Below are positions 34,606 to 50,233 of a stretch of DNA of 64,000 nucleotides, piece after piece (within the stretch, counting starts at the first letter, position 1; every line of letters starts with the position of its first letter). Made by a program: the position numbers and the translations under genes. Under the pieces are notes generated by a model that worked only from the letters and a program-made list of their open reading frames with translations, made no database searches and had not been told where the DNA came from. The DNA is from the human T2T-CHM13v2.0 reference genome, Homo sapiens. The stretch lies in assembly GCF_009914755.1 (NCBI RefSeq), contig NC_060935.1. One strand, written 5' to 3'.

Positions 34606-35460
34606 ATAACTCCATATAAACAGTGCATGTTGAATGACTAGATTACAACCTTTGTTTATAATTTGATGTAGCCCACTGATTTTAGATTGGCTGTAATCTT
34701 TCATTCTTACCACTAATTTCAATAAAATTGCCTCAAGCTCAAAAAAAAAAAAAAAGAAAGAGAGATTATTTATTTCTTATTGGTTAAGAACATGTGTAAT
34801 TTTCATTATACAACTTTCAGGGTATCAGAGAATATATTTTGTATGAAAATATTTTTGACAACTACAGATGTTTCTATTTTTCTAACATATTCTGTATTAG
34901 TACATATAGAATACATATTATGTGCATACATGTATACATATATATGTATATCTCAGAAGATGTGACCTAAAGCACATCAAGGAACAGGTAATGGAAATTT
35001 AATTAATTGACTTTATTTAATAAAATAATAAAAGTTCAGCAAATTGTCAAAATGCCCATAAAAACACTCCAGGAGGCAATGTACATTGATGAAAGTTTTA
35101 ATGGAAGCTACATAAACATCTTAGAAATGGGCTTCCACAGCAAACTCTTGAGGATTAGGTGCAAGGCATAGGCTATATACATTTTATGGTTTATTTAAAT
35201 TCTTAAATTCTACAATCATTTAATTCTGTGTTATGCCCAGCAAAGGTAGAAAATAGTAACATTTATGTGCCACCATTGGCGGTGCTAAATCACCTACTTG
35301 ATCCTCAGTGTAATTTTTAGATCCATGAGAAGGTTTCCTTTGTGCTTCTCAGTTTTTAAAAATTGATTTTATGTCATAATATATATTTCAGTTCTATGTC
35401 AATCATACTAAAAATGGCTGACTTTTCAATAATAGAATGATTACTGTATATTTTCCATGT

Positions 35461-35646
35461 AAGTGGTGGTTTTTGCCCTTTAGCAGGCATCAAAATCACC
35501 TGGAGACTTGACTAAACCACAAATAGTGGGCCTCATCCCAGGGCTTCTGTTCAGAAGGTTGATGGAGCTGGAGAATTGGCAATAGTAGGAAGTTCCCAGG
35601 AGGTGATGCTACTGCTGGTTTGATGACCACATTTTGAGAATCACTG
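35461..35646. mobile_element. MER5A-like hAT-Charlie MITE just upstream of the OR5D13 acceptor
   Basis: AATCACCTGGAG...AAGTTCCCAGG...GACCACATTTTGAGAATCACTG. Confidence 0.75.
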
Positions 35647-35755
35647 TTCTATATCACTTGTCCTAGAAACACATGAAGCCTCTTTCCTATCTCTTTTTTC
35701 CTATCCAGTTCTGCTTTTCAAGAATAACTTTTTTCCTTTTAATCCAACAAGTATC

Positions 35756-36700
35756 ATGATGGCATCTGAAAGAAATCAAAGCAGCACACCCACTTTTATT
35801 CTCTTGGGTTTTTCAGAATACCCAGAAATCCAGGTTCCACTCTTTCTGGTTTTCTTGTTCGTCTACACAGTCACTGTAGTGGGGAACTTGGGCATGATAA
35901 TAATCATCAGACTCAATTCAAAACTCCATACAATCATGTACTTTTTCCTTAGTCACTTGTCCTTGACAGACTTCTGTTTTTCCACTGTAGTTACACCTAA
36001 ACTGTTGGAGAACTTGGTTGTGGAATACAGAACCATCTCTTTCTCTGGTTGCATCATGCAATTTTGTTTTGCTTGCATTTTTGGAGTGACAGAAACTTTC
36101 ATGTTAGCAGCGATGGCTTATGACCATTTTGTGGCAGTTTGTAAACCCTTGCTGTATACCACTATTATGTCTCAGAAGCTCTGTGCTCTTCTGGTGGCTG
36201 GGTCCTATACATGGGGGATAGTGTGCTCCCTGATACTCACATATTTTCTTCTTGACTTATCGTTTTGTGAATCTACCTTCATAAATAATTTTATCTGTGA
36301 CCACTCTGTAATTGTTTCTGCCTCCTACTCAGACCCCTATATCAGCCAGAGGCTATGCTTTATTATTGCCATATTCAATGAGGTGAGCAGCCTAATTATC
36401 ATTCTGACATCATATATGCTTATTTTCACTACCATTATGAAGATGCGATCTGCAAGTGGGCGCCAGAAAACTTTCTCCACCTGTGCCTCCCACCTGACAG
36501 CCATCACTATCTTCCATGGAACTATCCTTTTCCTTTACTGTGTTCCTAATCCTAAAACTTCTAGCCTCATAGTTACAGTGGCTTCTGTGTTTTACACAGT
36601 GGCGATTCCAATGCTGAACCCATTGATCTACAGCCTTAGGAACAAAGATATCAATAACATGTTTGAAAAATTAGTTGTCACCAAATTGATTTACCACTGA
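35756..36700 (+). CDS. OR5D13: Olfactory receptor 5D13 (314 aa), allele with His124 in the DRY motif
   Basis: Intact single-exon 7[19 protein letters not shown]...[10 protein letters not shown], recognised as OR5D13; MAYDH at 36125-36127. Confidence 0.93.
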
Positions 36701-37249
36701 ATATGATGTTCTTAGATACGTTATTTCTGAAAAAAGTGATTTACTATCTTACAGATTACCCATCTCTTACAGTGCAATTGATTATTCAAATTATTTAATC
36801 AATAGACTATCAGTTGACACATTCACACCAGCACAACCTTTTGAAATAGATCTAAATGACATGTAACTAAAAATTCTAAAACCTAAAGCTTTTATATCAT
36901 CTGTTGCAGTATTTGTAAATTATTTTAAAATACTTTTCTAGGTATTCTGTAATTTTATGTGTATTTTCAAAGCAAAACTGATTCAAACTGATTAAATGTG
37001 TGCAGATTCAGGATGGTTCCCTAAAATTGTAATCAGGAAAACCATATTCCTGAGTGACTTTAACAAAACTTCTGCTTACTGTGTCTTGTGGAACAACCAA
37101 CCGTTTACTTTTTCTTGTTTTGAATGGAAGAAGTTGATTTTTATTCATGAAAATTATAGCCTGCTGATTAGCAAATGAAATGGAATTAAGTATTACTCTA
37201 CCTTTCTTAATGCATGCCCTATTTTATTCTAAAAAATTATCTGAGTATT

Positions 37250-38014
37250 CAGGCAATGGGATATTAAGGTAACAGAGTCCTAAAATGAAGTCACACATAT
37301 CTGGTAACTTATATTCCAACAAACAGGCCATTATAATTCAATGGAGAAAAATAATAATGGGAAAACTGGATATTCGTGTGGAACAAAAGAGCCATAAGTT
37401 TTATTTCCCATCATACAAAGCTACTAACTTGAATTAAATGAAATATATCATAAATCTAAATGTAAATGTTATAAGTACCTTTTAGCATAAAACATAGGGA
37501 GAATCTTTTCAAAGTTTGGGTGGAACTTTTTTGGATAGAATGTTAAAAGAATGGATCATCAGAAAATGGATAAAATGAATTTTATTAACAATAAAACCTT
37601 ATGTTAAAAGTTTTTTTATGGCAAAAGACACATTAAGAAAGTGAAAATGTAAGCTGCAGATTGTAAATAAATATTTGTAATATTTAGGTCTGACAAATGA
37701 TTTGTTTGTGGAACATATAAAGAACTATTGTACTCAAAACAAGAAGACAAACCATCTAGTTAAAAATGGATTAAATGTTTTAGGACACACTTGACAAAAG
37801 AAGATACACAAATCATTCATAAACACCTGAAAAGATATTGAGTATCACTAATCATCAATGAAAGTTATATTAAAACCACAGTGACTGAGGAGGCTGAGGT
37901 GGTAAGATTGCTTGAACCCAGGAGTTCGGGGTTACAGTGAGCTATAATGCCACTGCAGTCCGGCCTGGGAGACTCTGTCTCAACACACACACAGACACAC
38001 ACACACACACACAG

Positions 38015-38045
<31 letters not shown>

Positions 38046-38290
38046 TACACACACAGAGTGATGTATAATTGAACACTCATTAGAATGGCTAAAATAAATT
38101 TAACTGAAATGCCAAGTGTCAGTGAAAAAAATGAATCAACTGTAATGCTAACACATTTCAGGTGGAGGTAAAAGTTAAGTCTTTGAAAACAATTTAGCAA
38201 TATCTTATGAAATTACACAAAGACTTCCCATTTAACTCAATAATTCCTTTCCTGGGTATTTACCCATTAGAAGTGAAATCACATATTTTA
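37250..38290 (+). mobile_element. Old L1M ORF2 remnant containing an Alu right-arm fragment (37885-37983) and (CA)n (37983-38055)
   Basis: Diverged L1 text; GAGGCTGAGGTGG...CTCTGTCTCAA followed by a CA repeat. Confidence 0.7.
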
Positions 38291-38671
38291 ATTTAGGAGA
38301 AAATTTTTCTCTCTGGGATGTACAATATTATAGGGAAGGGAAAAGAGTAGGGGATATTTTTGAGGATTTTGTGACCATGTTCCTTTCAAAAGTGATTTTC
38401 CTAGAAGCGATGGGTTTTCTTCCATGATGGACTTTTGCTATAGACTTACTCAGGGTAAACAGAGGGAAGCAGGAAAAATCTTGTCCAACACAGAGAAACT
38501 GATTTTATGAATACACATGCACATACACACATGAGTATATGTACAAGTGGAATCATATGTATAGCTGTATATGTATTGTTTATGGTATCATATACATATG
38601 CTAGGTAATCTCAATACATCTTCACCTGCATTATGTCTCTGATGACCTTCTATAATATCCACATTACCAAG

Positions 38672-39514
<843 letters not shown>

Positions 39515-40276
39515 TTAATTCGTTGATAAATTAGTGTTTTTCACATTGATATGGGAAGATCCCATTGCATTCCTCATTGATCCTGAGAAAAGACAGTCTC
39601 TGTAAACATGAGTTGAAGTTTGGTGAGGAAAAGAAAATAATGATGCTTGGTTTTTAAATAGAAGGACTTTAGGACAATAGTTCATTATAAATGTCTTGGA
39701 GGGACTGCTGAAATAAAAGGGGGAAGACAGGTCTTCTGTGGAGGAGTAAAGAAGCCAGTAAAATACTCAGGCTAAAGAAACAAAAGTTGTCATAACATGC
39801 AGCCACCCCATAATTTACTTATACCTCTTGAGGATGGGCATCCTGGAGTTTTGATTGAGGTCTGACAGGTGTGTGGAATTCCTGGATAATATGGTAATTC
39901 TTTTCTTTTTTTTTTCTTGAGGAACCTCCTTACATTTTCCATAATGGCTGTACTGATTTATATGTCCACTAACAGTGTATCAGAGTTCCCGTAAATAACA
40001 CATAATCTCACTAGTAAGTGGAATATAAAAATGTCAAACCCATGGAAGCAAAAAATTGAATAGTGAGAGATGGGGAAAGGGTAGATGGTTAAAGGAGGGA
40101 ATATTGTTTCAAGTAGACAGTAGGAATAAGTTTTAGTGATCTATTGTAGAGCACAATGATCATAGTTAATAATAATGTATTATATATTTCAAAATTGCTG
40201 AAGGAGTAGATTTTAAATGTTTCAGTTAATTATAATGTATTGTAGCTAATAATTATTAATTTGAATAACAATTCTA

Positions 40277-40323
40277 TTAGGTAGGTACAAAAGTAATTGT
40301 GATTTTTGCCTTTGAAAGTAATG
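40277..40323. mobile_element. Half MADE1 (Hsmar1 MITE)
   Basis: TTAGGTAGGTACAAAAGTAATTGTGATTTTTGCCTTTGAAAGTAATG. Confidence 0.8.
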
Positions 40324-41149
40324 TAATTAATAATAATGTATTGTATATTCAAAATTGCTGAAGGAGTAGATTTTAAATGTTCACTACAGGAAACTGATAA
40401 GTTTGTGATGTGAACATATGTGAATCAGCTTTATTTAATCATTCCATAATGTAAACATGTATCAAAACATCACATTCTACCCCATATATCTGTTTATAGA
40501 ATTATTATTTCTCAATTAAAAATATAAATTGCCAAATAGATATTATTAGTATGTATTAATTATCTAGGAATAGATAATTAAAATTTCAAAGAGCAAAGAG
40601 ATCTTCCTTGGTGATCTGGTAGTCACTAGCTGTTTTCTACACTGCACACATTTTATGATTCTTTGAACAGATTAAATTTCAGGTTTGGGCCTTGCAAAGG
40701 GCTGCTACTGGAGAAACAACAAATCCAGCAGTGCTTCGTGGACACACAGGAATTTACAGATAAACGGAAAAGTAACCAAAACATAGTTTGTTTTTTCTGC
40801 TAGTTCCTGAAGGCATAAACTTAGGTTATTTGAGATCTTTCTATGTTTTTAAACATAGCATTTATTACTATAAACTTTCCTCTTAGAACTGCTTTTGATG
40901 GATCCTATATATTTTGATATGTTGTTTCTATTTTTGTTTGCTCAAGATATTTTTAAATCTCTCTTTCTTTCGATTTCTTCTTTGATACATTGATTGTTGA
41001 GGAGCATCTTGTTTAGTTTCCACATATTTTTGATTTTTAAACTTTTCTTTTTTTATTGATTTTAATTGATCAATAAATGATTACCATTATTGTTTCTTAC
41101 CATTGTGGTTGGGAAACTACTTGATATGATTAAAATCTTAAAGCAATCT

Positions 41150-44100
41150 AGGAAATGAAGGAAAAGATAAACATCTGAAAATAAAATCAATTAGAACTTC
41201 TGAAATTGAAAAACTCACTTAAGTAATTTCAAAACACAATTGAAATATTTATCAATAGACTGGACAAAGCAGAAGAAATAACTTTAGAGCTAGAAGGCTG
41301 GTCTTTGGAACTAATGCAGTCAGGTAAAAATAAAGAAAAAGAATTTACAAAAATGAACAAAGTCCTTGAAAAATACAGGATTATGAAATCTACAAAGCCT
41401 ATGAATTATTGGCATGCCTGAGAGAGAAAAAGGAAAAGCAAACAACCTAGAAAACATACTTCAGGAAATAAAGAACATTTCCCTAATCTTGCTAGAGAAA
41501 TAGACATGCCAAATTCTCAGCAGCAACCTTGCAAGCCAGAAGAATCTGGGAGCCTATTTTCAGCATTCTTAAAGAAGAGAAATTACAACCAAAAATTTCA
41601 TATATCTTTAAACTAGGATTCATAAGTGAAGGAGAAATAAAAACTTTTCCAGACTAGCGAGCACTAAGGAAATGTGTTACCTCTAAATTAGCTTATAAGA
41701 GATCCTTAAGGGAGTTCTAAACATTGAAACAAAAGAATAATATCTGCTACCACAAAAATATCCTTAAGTACACAGCCCACAAACTCAATAAAGCAACCAC
41801 ACAATAGAAACTGCAAAGCAATCAACTAGCAACTTCATGGTAGGATCCAAACCTCACTTACCAACATTAACCTTGAATGTAAACATTCCACCTATATGCC
41901 ACTGAGTGACAAATTGGATAAAACAAATAAGACCCATGTGACTATCAAATTGCTGTCCTCAAGAGACCATTCTCACATGGAACATAGATTCAAAGTAAAG
42001 GGTTAGAGAAAGATCTATCACATAAACAAAAAATAATAGAGAGCAGGGATCACTATTCTTACAACAAAGAAAACAGACTTTAAACTTACAACAGTAAAAA
42101 AGGATAAAGAATGACATTACATAATGATAAAGGATTCAATTCAAAAATAAAACTTAACTATCATAAATATATATGCACCCAATATTTGAGCCCCCATATT
42201 ATAAAACATGCATTTCTAGACCTACAAAAAATGTAGATGGCCATGCAATAATAATGGGGGATTTCAACACCTCATTGACAATGTTATACAGATTATCAAG
42301 GCAGAAAACTAACAAAGAAATTCTGGATTTATTTGACACTTGAGCAATTGGACATAATAGACATCTACAAAATACTACACCCATCAACCATGGAATATAC
42401 ATTTTTCTCATTTGTACACAGAACGTGTCCAAGGCTGTCCACATGCTTGAACGTAAAGCAAGTCTCAATACTTTTTTTAAACAACGAAAAGCATGTCAAC
42501 CATACCTTTGAAGCACAGTGGAATAAATCAATACCAAGAAGATCTTTCTAAACAACACAATTACATGGAAATTAAACAACTTGCTTCTAAATGACTTTTG
42601 GGTAAACAATTAAATTAAGGCAGAAGTAAAAAAAAATTTTTTGAAATAAATGAAAACAGAGACACATACGGCAAAATCTCTAGGATGCAGCAAAAGCTGT
42701 GTTAAGAGGAAAGTTTAGTGTGCTAAAGTTAGAAAGATTTCAAATTCATGACCTAACATCACACCCACAGGAACCAGAAAAAGAACAAACTAATCCCAGA
42801 GCTGGCAGAAGAAAAGAAATAACTGAAATCAGAGCAGAACTGAATGAAACTGAGACTTAAAAACACGTGTAAAGAATCAAAGAAACCAAAATAGAATTCT
42901 TTGAAAGAATAAACCAGATAGATAGACTGCAAGCTAGATTAACAAAGAAAAAAGAGCAGATCCAAATAAGCACAATCAGAAATAACAAAATGACAACCAA
43001 TCCCACAAAAATACAAAAGTTCTTCAAAGACTATTATCAACACCTTTTTGAAAACAAAATAGACAATTCAGAGAAAATGGGTAGAATCCTGGAAATGCAC
43101 AACCTCCCAAGATTGAATCAGGAAGAAATCAAAACCCTGAATTGACTAATATCAAGTTCTGAAATTGAACCAGTAACAAAAAACCTACCAACCAAAAAAT
43201 GTCCCAGATCAGATGGATTCACAGCCAAATTCTACCAGACATACAAAGAAGAGCTGTTACCAAGTCTACTGAAACTATTCAGGAAAATGGCAGAGCGGGG
43301 ACTCCTCTTTATCCATTCTATATAACTAGTGTCACTCTGATACCAGTAAGTGGTGAGCAAACATTGAAAAAATAAAATTATAGGCCAATATTCCTGATGA
43401 ACATAGATGCAAAAACCCTCAGCAAAATATTAGCAATCCAAATACAGCAGCACATACAAAATTAATTCAGCACCATGAAGTAGGCTTTTTTCCTGGGATG
43501 CAAGTTTGGATCAACATATACAAATCAAAAGTATGATTCACCACATAAACAGAATTGAAAACAAAACCATATGGTCATCTCAATAGATGGAGAAAAACCT
43601 TTTGATAAAATCCAACATCCCTTCATGATAAAAGCACTCAACAAACTATGTATCAAAGGAATACATCTTGAAATAATAACATCCACTGAAGAAAAACCCA
43701 GAGCCAACATCATATTGAACAGGCAAAAGCTGGAAGAATTGCAAGAAGACAAGACCATTCAGTCTAATCACTCCTATTCAACATAGCATTGAAAGTCCTA
43801 GCCTGAGAAAGCAAACAAGAGGAAAAAAAAATAAAAGGCATCAAGATAGGAAAAGAAGTCAAACTATCTCTCTTTGATGATAATATGACTCCATACACAG
43901 AAAACCCTGAAGAATCCACCAATAGGCTCCCAGAACTTGTCAACAATTTCAGTAAAGTTTCAGGATACAAAATCAATGTACAAAACTCATTAACATTTCT
44001 ATATACCAACAACATTCAAACTGGGAGGCAAATCAAGGATGCAGTTCCATTTACAATAGTCACAAAAAAAGTACCTTGGAATACATCTAACCAAGGAGGT

Positions 44101-44692
44101 GAAATCTCTCTACGAGAACTACAAAACACTGCTGAAAGAAATCATAGATGACAAAAACAAATGGAAAAACATTCCATGTTCATAGATTGGAATAATCAAT
44201 GTAATTAAAATGACTGTAAAGCCCAAAGCAATGTATAAATTAAATGCTATTCCTATCAAACTACCAACATCATTTTTCACAGAATTAACTGTTCTAAAAT
44301 TCATGTGTAATGAAAAAGGAGCCCAAATAGCCAAAGCAATTATAAGCAAAAAGAACAAATCCAGAGTCCTTACATTATCTTACTTCAAACTATATTACAT
44401 GGCCACAGTAACCAAAACAGCATGGTACTTATAAAAAAAAAGCAGGCATGTAGACCAATAGAACAGAATAGAGAACCCAAAAATAAAGCTCCACACCTAC
44501 AGCCTTTTGATCTTTAATAAAGTCTACAAAAATAAGCACTGAGCAAAAGACACCCTATTCAATAAATGGTACTGGAATACCCGGCTAGCCAAATGCAGAT
44601 GCTTATCTTTTACTATACACAAAAATTAACTTGAGATGTGTTAAAGATTTAAATGTAAGACCCCAATCTCTAAGAATCCTGGAAGAAAACCT
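41150..44692 (+). mobile_element. Diverged L1 (L1PB/old L1PA-like) ORF1-ORF2 body lacking both 5'UTR and 3' end
   Basis: Multiple ORF2-like frames ([31 protein letters not shown]); homology stops at GAAGAAAACCT about 44692. Confidence 0.85.
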
Positions 44693-47600
44693 TCTAGGTT
44701 TTTGAGGCAGATACCTGGAAATCTGGAATAAAACCAAGCCATCTACAACAAAGTTTCTATATCCCATGGATAAATAGCTTCTGTTGTGTTAGTGGTCCCA
44801 GGTGGAGACTCTGACAAATTTAGCCAAGTTTTCACAAGTCCAGAGAGAGCCTAAGTGGATATAATTACAGGATATTTAGGTGTAGTGGAAGCAATTGATT
44901 GGTTGACCCCCAATAGTTTTAGACAGTTAAATGTGCTTCTAAAATACATATGTTATTTTTAAGAAGGTATGGACAAAAATGATATTTCAAGACTTGATTT
45001 TATTATTATAAGCTTGGAAAAGTAGCACGTTCATATTTGGAAGAAAACATAAATTACTTTCCATGAAGTAAATCAATTGTTCCAAGGACAACAGTGATTA
45101 TTTTATGATAAATGAAAAAGCCAGAATGCACATTCTATTGTTCATACATCTCAAAAAACACAAGATACATACAAAAAGAAATAAAGATTAAACATTAATA
45201 GCAGTTATTAGTTGTTGCATTCTCACTGAGTTATTATTTCCTTTGTGTTATATTATCGATGCCATGTTTTCTAGGTGAATGTGTATATTTTCTCTCATGA
45301 AAAGTTCTAAAATAAATTAATGGAATAGGTTTGATGAGATACTGTCTTCAGTGGTTTAAAAGAAATTACATTATTGCAAAATGCCACACAGGTAGGTATT
45401 TAATCTAATTTCTGAGTTTGTGTTTTAAAAATAAATAGTTCAGTAAAAGTTCTCTAGGGTCTAAAACCCCAAGGTCATGAAGGCCTACATAAACCCTAGA
45501 TTTTATTTCTAGGAAGAAGAATCAGCTTCAAAACCTCCCTCTCTCTCTCCCTTTTCTCCTCCTTTCCCCGATTTTTTTCTGTGTATTAAAAAAGAAATAT
45601 ATTCTCAGAATACTAATTTAAATTTATTGTGGACTCCTTCTATATTTATCAACTTCTTAATAATTTAAGTGATACTTGAATTCTGAGTGGAAACTTCCGT
45701 GGAGATTAGGATCTTCAGGTGAATTGGCTTCAGGTCAGTGATATATCTCTTGTTATCTTTCACTCATATGGGGCACCCTGAAATCCTGAAATCTTTGAAT
45801 AGGAAACTCCGCATTAGTCTAAGTGCCAAATAAACTGAGTCTGTCTTCCCAAGGGCTCAGTTTGTTGAGTTCTGATCTCTTCTTCCTTCTCTGGGGCATA
45901 CATTCTCATTTTTGCTTTCAGGGTATCTACCATGTACCTAACAAAGTACAGTCACACTGAAAATTGTAAAAAGATATTATAAAATATGAAAACCTCTCAA
46001 ATTGTGGTAGAAAGAGTAATAAGCATAAAATAATAGTAAACAGAATATATCACATTTGATTTCCTGATAATAATGCCTGTAGGTATACCAAGATGTGGAA
46101 GATATTGTTAGAGTCAAATGGAACATTACTTTGTGATACTGACTTTCATCTAATGATTTATAAATTGCAAATTCTGCATCAGTGGACTAGAAAAAGAGAA
46201 TGTTCCAGGTAAAAGAAAAGAAAAATAGAATAAGCCAAGGAATAAATAAGCATGTATTATTCATTATAAACTGAGAATACTGGCATGATTAAAGAAGGTT
46301 GAATACAAGGGAACAGCCAGGGTAAGGCTTTAGGTGAAATCAAGCAGTCAAATTTAAATTTGATAAATTAGGTTATAGACAGCAATTGAAGTTTTTGAAA
46401 CTGAGATAGTCATAATAACCACAAGACCCAGGAATGAAACAATTTATAATCTCGCAGTGGAGGGTACCATGATCTACCAGAGAATTGATTGCAGTTTGGT
46501 AAATGTTCCACAGGCACAAACCTCAGATGAGAAACAGAGGACCAGAAAGCATCAGATAATTGTGAAAAAACAAAGGGAAAGACAGCAGATTTACAGAAGG
46601 AGAGTTATGAATGAATAAGGACGAAGAGGGAGAGGCCAAAGGAAATCCAGGAAGAAGAGCTGAACTAAATTTTGACGCCCTTAATTGTAATTACATGTCT
46701 AGTGTTGCTTACTTCAGCCTTTGATCTGTTTCTCAGATGTTTTATAATGACATAAGGATTGACAAATAATACCAACTTGTCATACAACTAAATAATTAAA
46801 AGGAGTGATGATGGGGAAGCCTACATTTTCTGGACTTTATAATTGTCAGACCTTGAATTGAGTTCATTAGCATCATTTCCTCGTTTAATACTTACACGTG
46901 TATAAAATCTGTGTTATCTGGTCATTGCTATTCTCATTTTACTGCTAAGGAAGCTGAAGCTCAGAAAATTTGAATAATCTATGAAAGATCACAGAGCAAA
47001 TGACAAAGTCTGAAGTTGAAATTAAGTCTGTGTTGTCAAAGCCCATGCTTTTTTCTCTATGCTGATCCTTCATGAGCTGTTTGTCATTCTCCTGTTCTTT
47101 TCCTCATGATGAACGTGCATCTTTTCGTGTGTGTCAGAAACTGAATTTATCTATGAAAGAGATAACAGTATCTTCCTACTTTGAGGTGGTCAGATGAAAC
47201 TAAAATGGTATCTCCCCTTATAGAATTTATACAAATAATTTTGTGTTAACGTGAACACTTTGGAGATGTGTTTGTTACTGGCTCAACTGATTTTTAAAAT
47301 CTTCATTAAATTAAAGCGATTTTTGTGATTATGAACTACTTATAATTCCAGATGTCTGTGCTTTCTCAAAATAATATTTCCAAATATAACAAAGATTGCA
47401 TGACTCAAAACAAGATAATCGCATATGTACCTTTAAGGTTCAAATGACCCTTATTTTATCAAAAGCCTCTTCAATATCTAGAGTGGCAATGTTCTTGTCA
47501 CCAGAAATTTTGAGAGTGAGTATGTAACCACTGGTGATTTTTACCACATTTCTCTATCTTACTCTAAATAACAAGAAAGGCTTCGACAAAACACATTTTA

Positions 47601-48100
47601 TGTTACTCTTGAATTCAGAGATTCAATGAGTATTTAATAATATATATATTAGTAAAGCTACCAGATTAAAAAATAATAAAAAAATTAAAACATAATGAAC
47701 AAGGGATCTAGATGAATATTAAGAGCATCTGTAACACTAAGTGATAAAGCACTTATGAAGGAAAGAAAATAAAAAAAGGAATGTGTCAAAAATTTACCTC
47801 TATCATTTTACTAGGTTGCTACATTATTTTAGAAAACTAATGCAATTATTGTAGCATAAAGATGGAATCAACAGAAAGGTTGAAGATACGCAAAATTATG
47901 TTTCCTTCAACATCCAAATATATTTTAAAACTAGAAAATTACCGTGGTTACTCATAAAAGCTGTCATTCCTATAATCCTCAGACTGAGCATCTGCCACGT
48001 AGCTATGTCAATATTGTCTCCTCCAGTGCTTCACCTTTACAGATCCTTTGTCATTTTTACTGCTAAATTTATATGAATTGTTAAATTAGTGCTGTTGAGA

Positions 48101-48425
<325 letters not shown>

Positions 48426-48439
48426 CTAAGAGAAAACTA

Positions 48440-49007
48440 CAGTAATACCCCCTTATCTGTGTTTCTTCTTTCCATGTTTCAGTTGTGGTCAACTGCCATG
48501 TGAAAACCTTAAATGGAAAATTCTAGAAATAAAAAATTCATAAGTTTTAAATTGTGTGCTCTTCTGAGTAGCAGGATGAATTCTTACACTATTCCATTCC
48601 ATCCTGCCTGAACATGAATCATCCCTTTGTCCAGAATTCCCATGCTACAGATGCTACCCTCTTTCTTAGGAGCTGTCCCTTTCATCATTTATAACAAAGA
48701 AGAAGAAGAAAAAAAGTAGATCAACTGTTGCAGCATCATCACAATGCTTGTGTTCAAATGACCCTTATTTTATTAAATCATGTCTCCAAAGTGCAAAAGT
48801 AATTATGTTAGCATATTGTGGTAATTATTTTCTTTTATTAGTTTATTGTTAATCTTGTACTGTGTCTAATTTTCAAATTAAACTTTTTCATGGGTATGTA
48901 TGTATAGGGAAAAATCATAGTATATATGGCAGTCGGTACTATTCGTGGCTTCAGGCATTTACTAGGAGTCTTGAAATGTATCACTTGTGACTAAGGAGGG
49001 ATAACTG
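48440..49007. mobile_element. MER44/Tigger7-like DNA transposon
   Basis: CAGTAATACCCCCTTATC...AAATGGAAAATTCTAGAAATA...TAAGGAGGGATAACTG. Confidence 0.7.
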
Positions 49008-49288
49008 CACTATACTGCAGCTTCTGCCGTTCAGGGTCAACTTCAAAATCCAGCTCATCACTAACAAGCTGTCTAACCACATACAAGCTCCTAATTCATA
49101 TATGCTTTAGTTTCCTTGTACAAAAAATAAATGGGGCTACTCATTTTAAAATTCATTATGTTATTTAAAAATCTAAATTAATATTTTAATGTTTCAGCAC
49201 AAAGTCTGACACATGGGTAAATGTTACATGTGTAGGAGATGATAATCACTTTTATTATTATCATTTCAGATTTTCTCTAACAACAACC

Positions 49289-50233
49289 ATGTCATTAGCT
49301 GAAGGAAATCAGAGTTCTGGAGCCGTATTTACCCTCTTGGGCTTCTCAGAATATGCAGACCTCCAGGTTCCTCTGTTCCTGGTCTTCCTGACCATCTACA
49401 CAATCACTGTATTGGGAAACCTGGGCATGATCATGATCATCAGGATCAACCCCAAACTCCACACCCGCATGTACTTTTTCCTCAGCCACTTGTCCTTTGT
49501 TGATTTCTGTTATTCCACCACAGTTACACCCAAACTGCTGGAGAACTTGGTTGTGGAAGACAGAACCATCTCCTTCACAGGATGCATCATGCAATTCTTC
49601 CTGGCGTGTATATGTGCAGTGGCAGAAACATTCATGCTGGCAGTGATGGCCTATGATTGATACGTGGCAGTGTGTAACCCTTTGCTCTACACAGTTGTCA
49701 GGTCCCAGAAACTCTGTGCATCATTAGTGGCAGGGCCCTACACATGGGGTATAATCTCTTCTCTGACACTCACCTATTTCCTCTTGTCATTATCCTTCTG
49801 TGGGTCTAACATCATCAATAATTTTGTCTGTGAGCACTCTGTCATCATCTCTGTCTCCTGCTCTGACCCCTACATCAGCCAAATGCTTTGTTTTGTCATT
49901 GCAATATTCAATGAGGTGAGCAGCTTGGGAGTCATCCTCACTACCTATATTTTCATCTTTATTGCTGTCATAAAAATGCCTTCTGCTGTTGGGCACCAAA
50001 AAGCTTTCTCTACCTGTGCTTCCCACCTGACTGCCATCACTATTTTCCACGGGACTGTCCTGTTCCTTTATTGTGTACCCAACTCCAAAAACTCATGGCT
50101 CATAGTCAAAGTAGGTTCTGTGTTTTATACAGTCATCATCCCCACGTTGAACCCTTTAACCTACAGCCTCAGGAACAAAGACGTGAAAGAGAGTGTTCGA
50201 AAGTTAATGAATCACTCAATACAATTTTGTTAA
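49289..50233 (+). pseudogene. OR5D15P: OR5D-subfamily pseudogene with a single in-frame TGA at codon 124
   Basis: ORFs 49289-49660 and 49664-50233 share one frame. MAYD-TGA(49658-49660)-YVAVCNPL. Total length 945 bp, as in the paralogs. The name is inferred from its position between OR5D13 and OR5D14. Confidence 0.85.
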
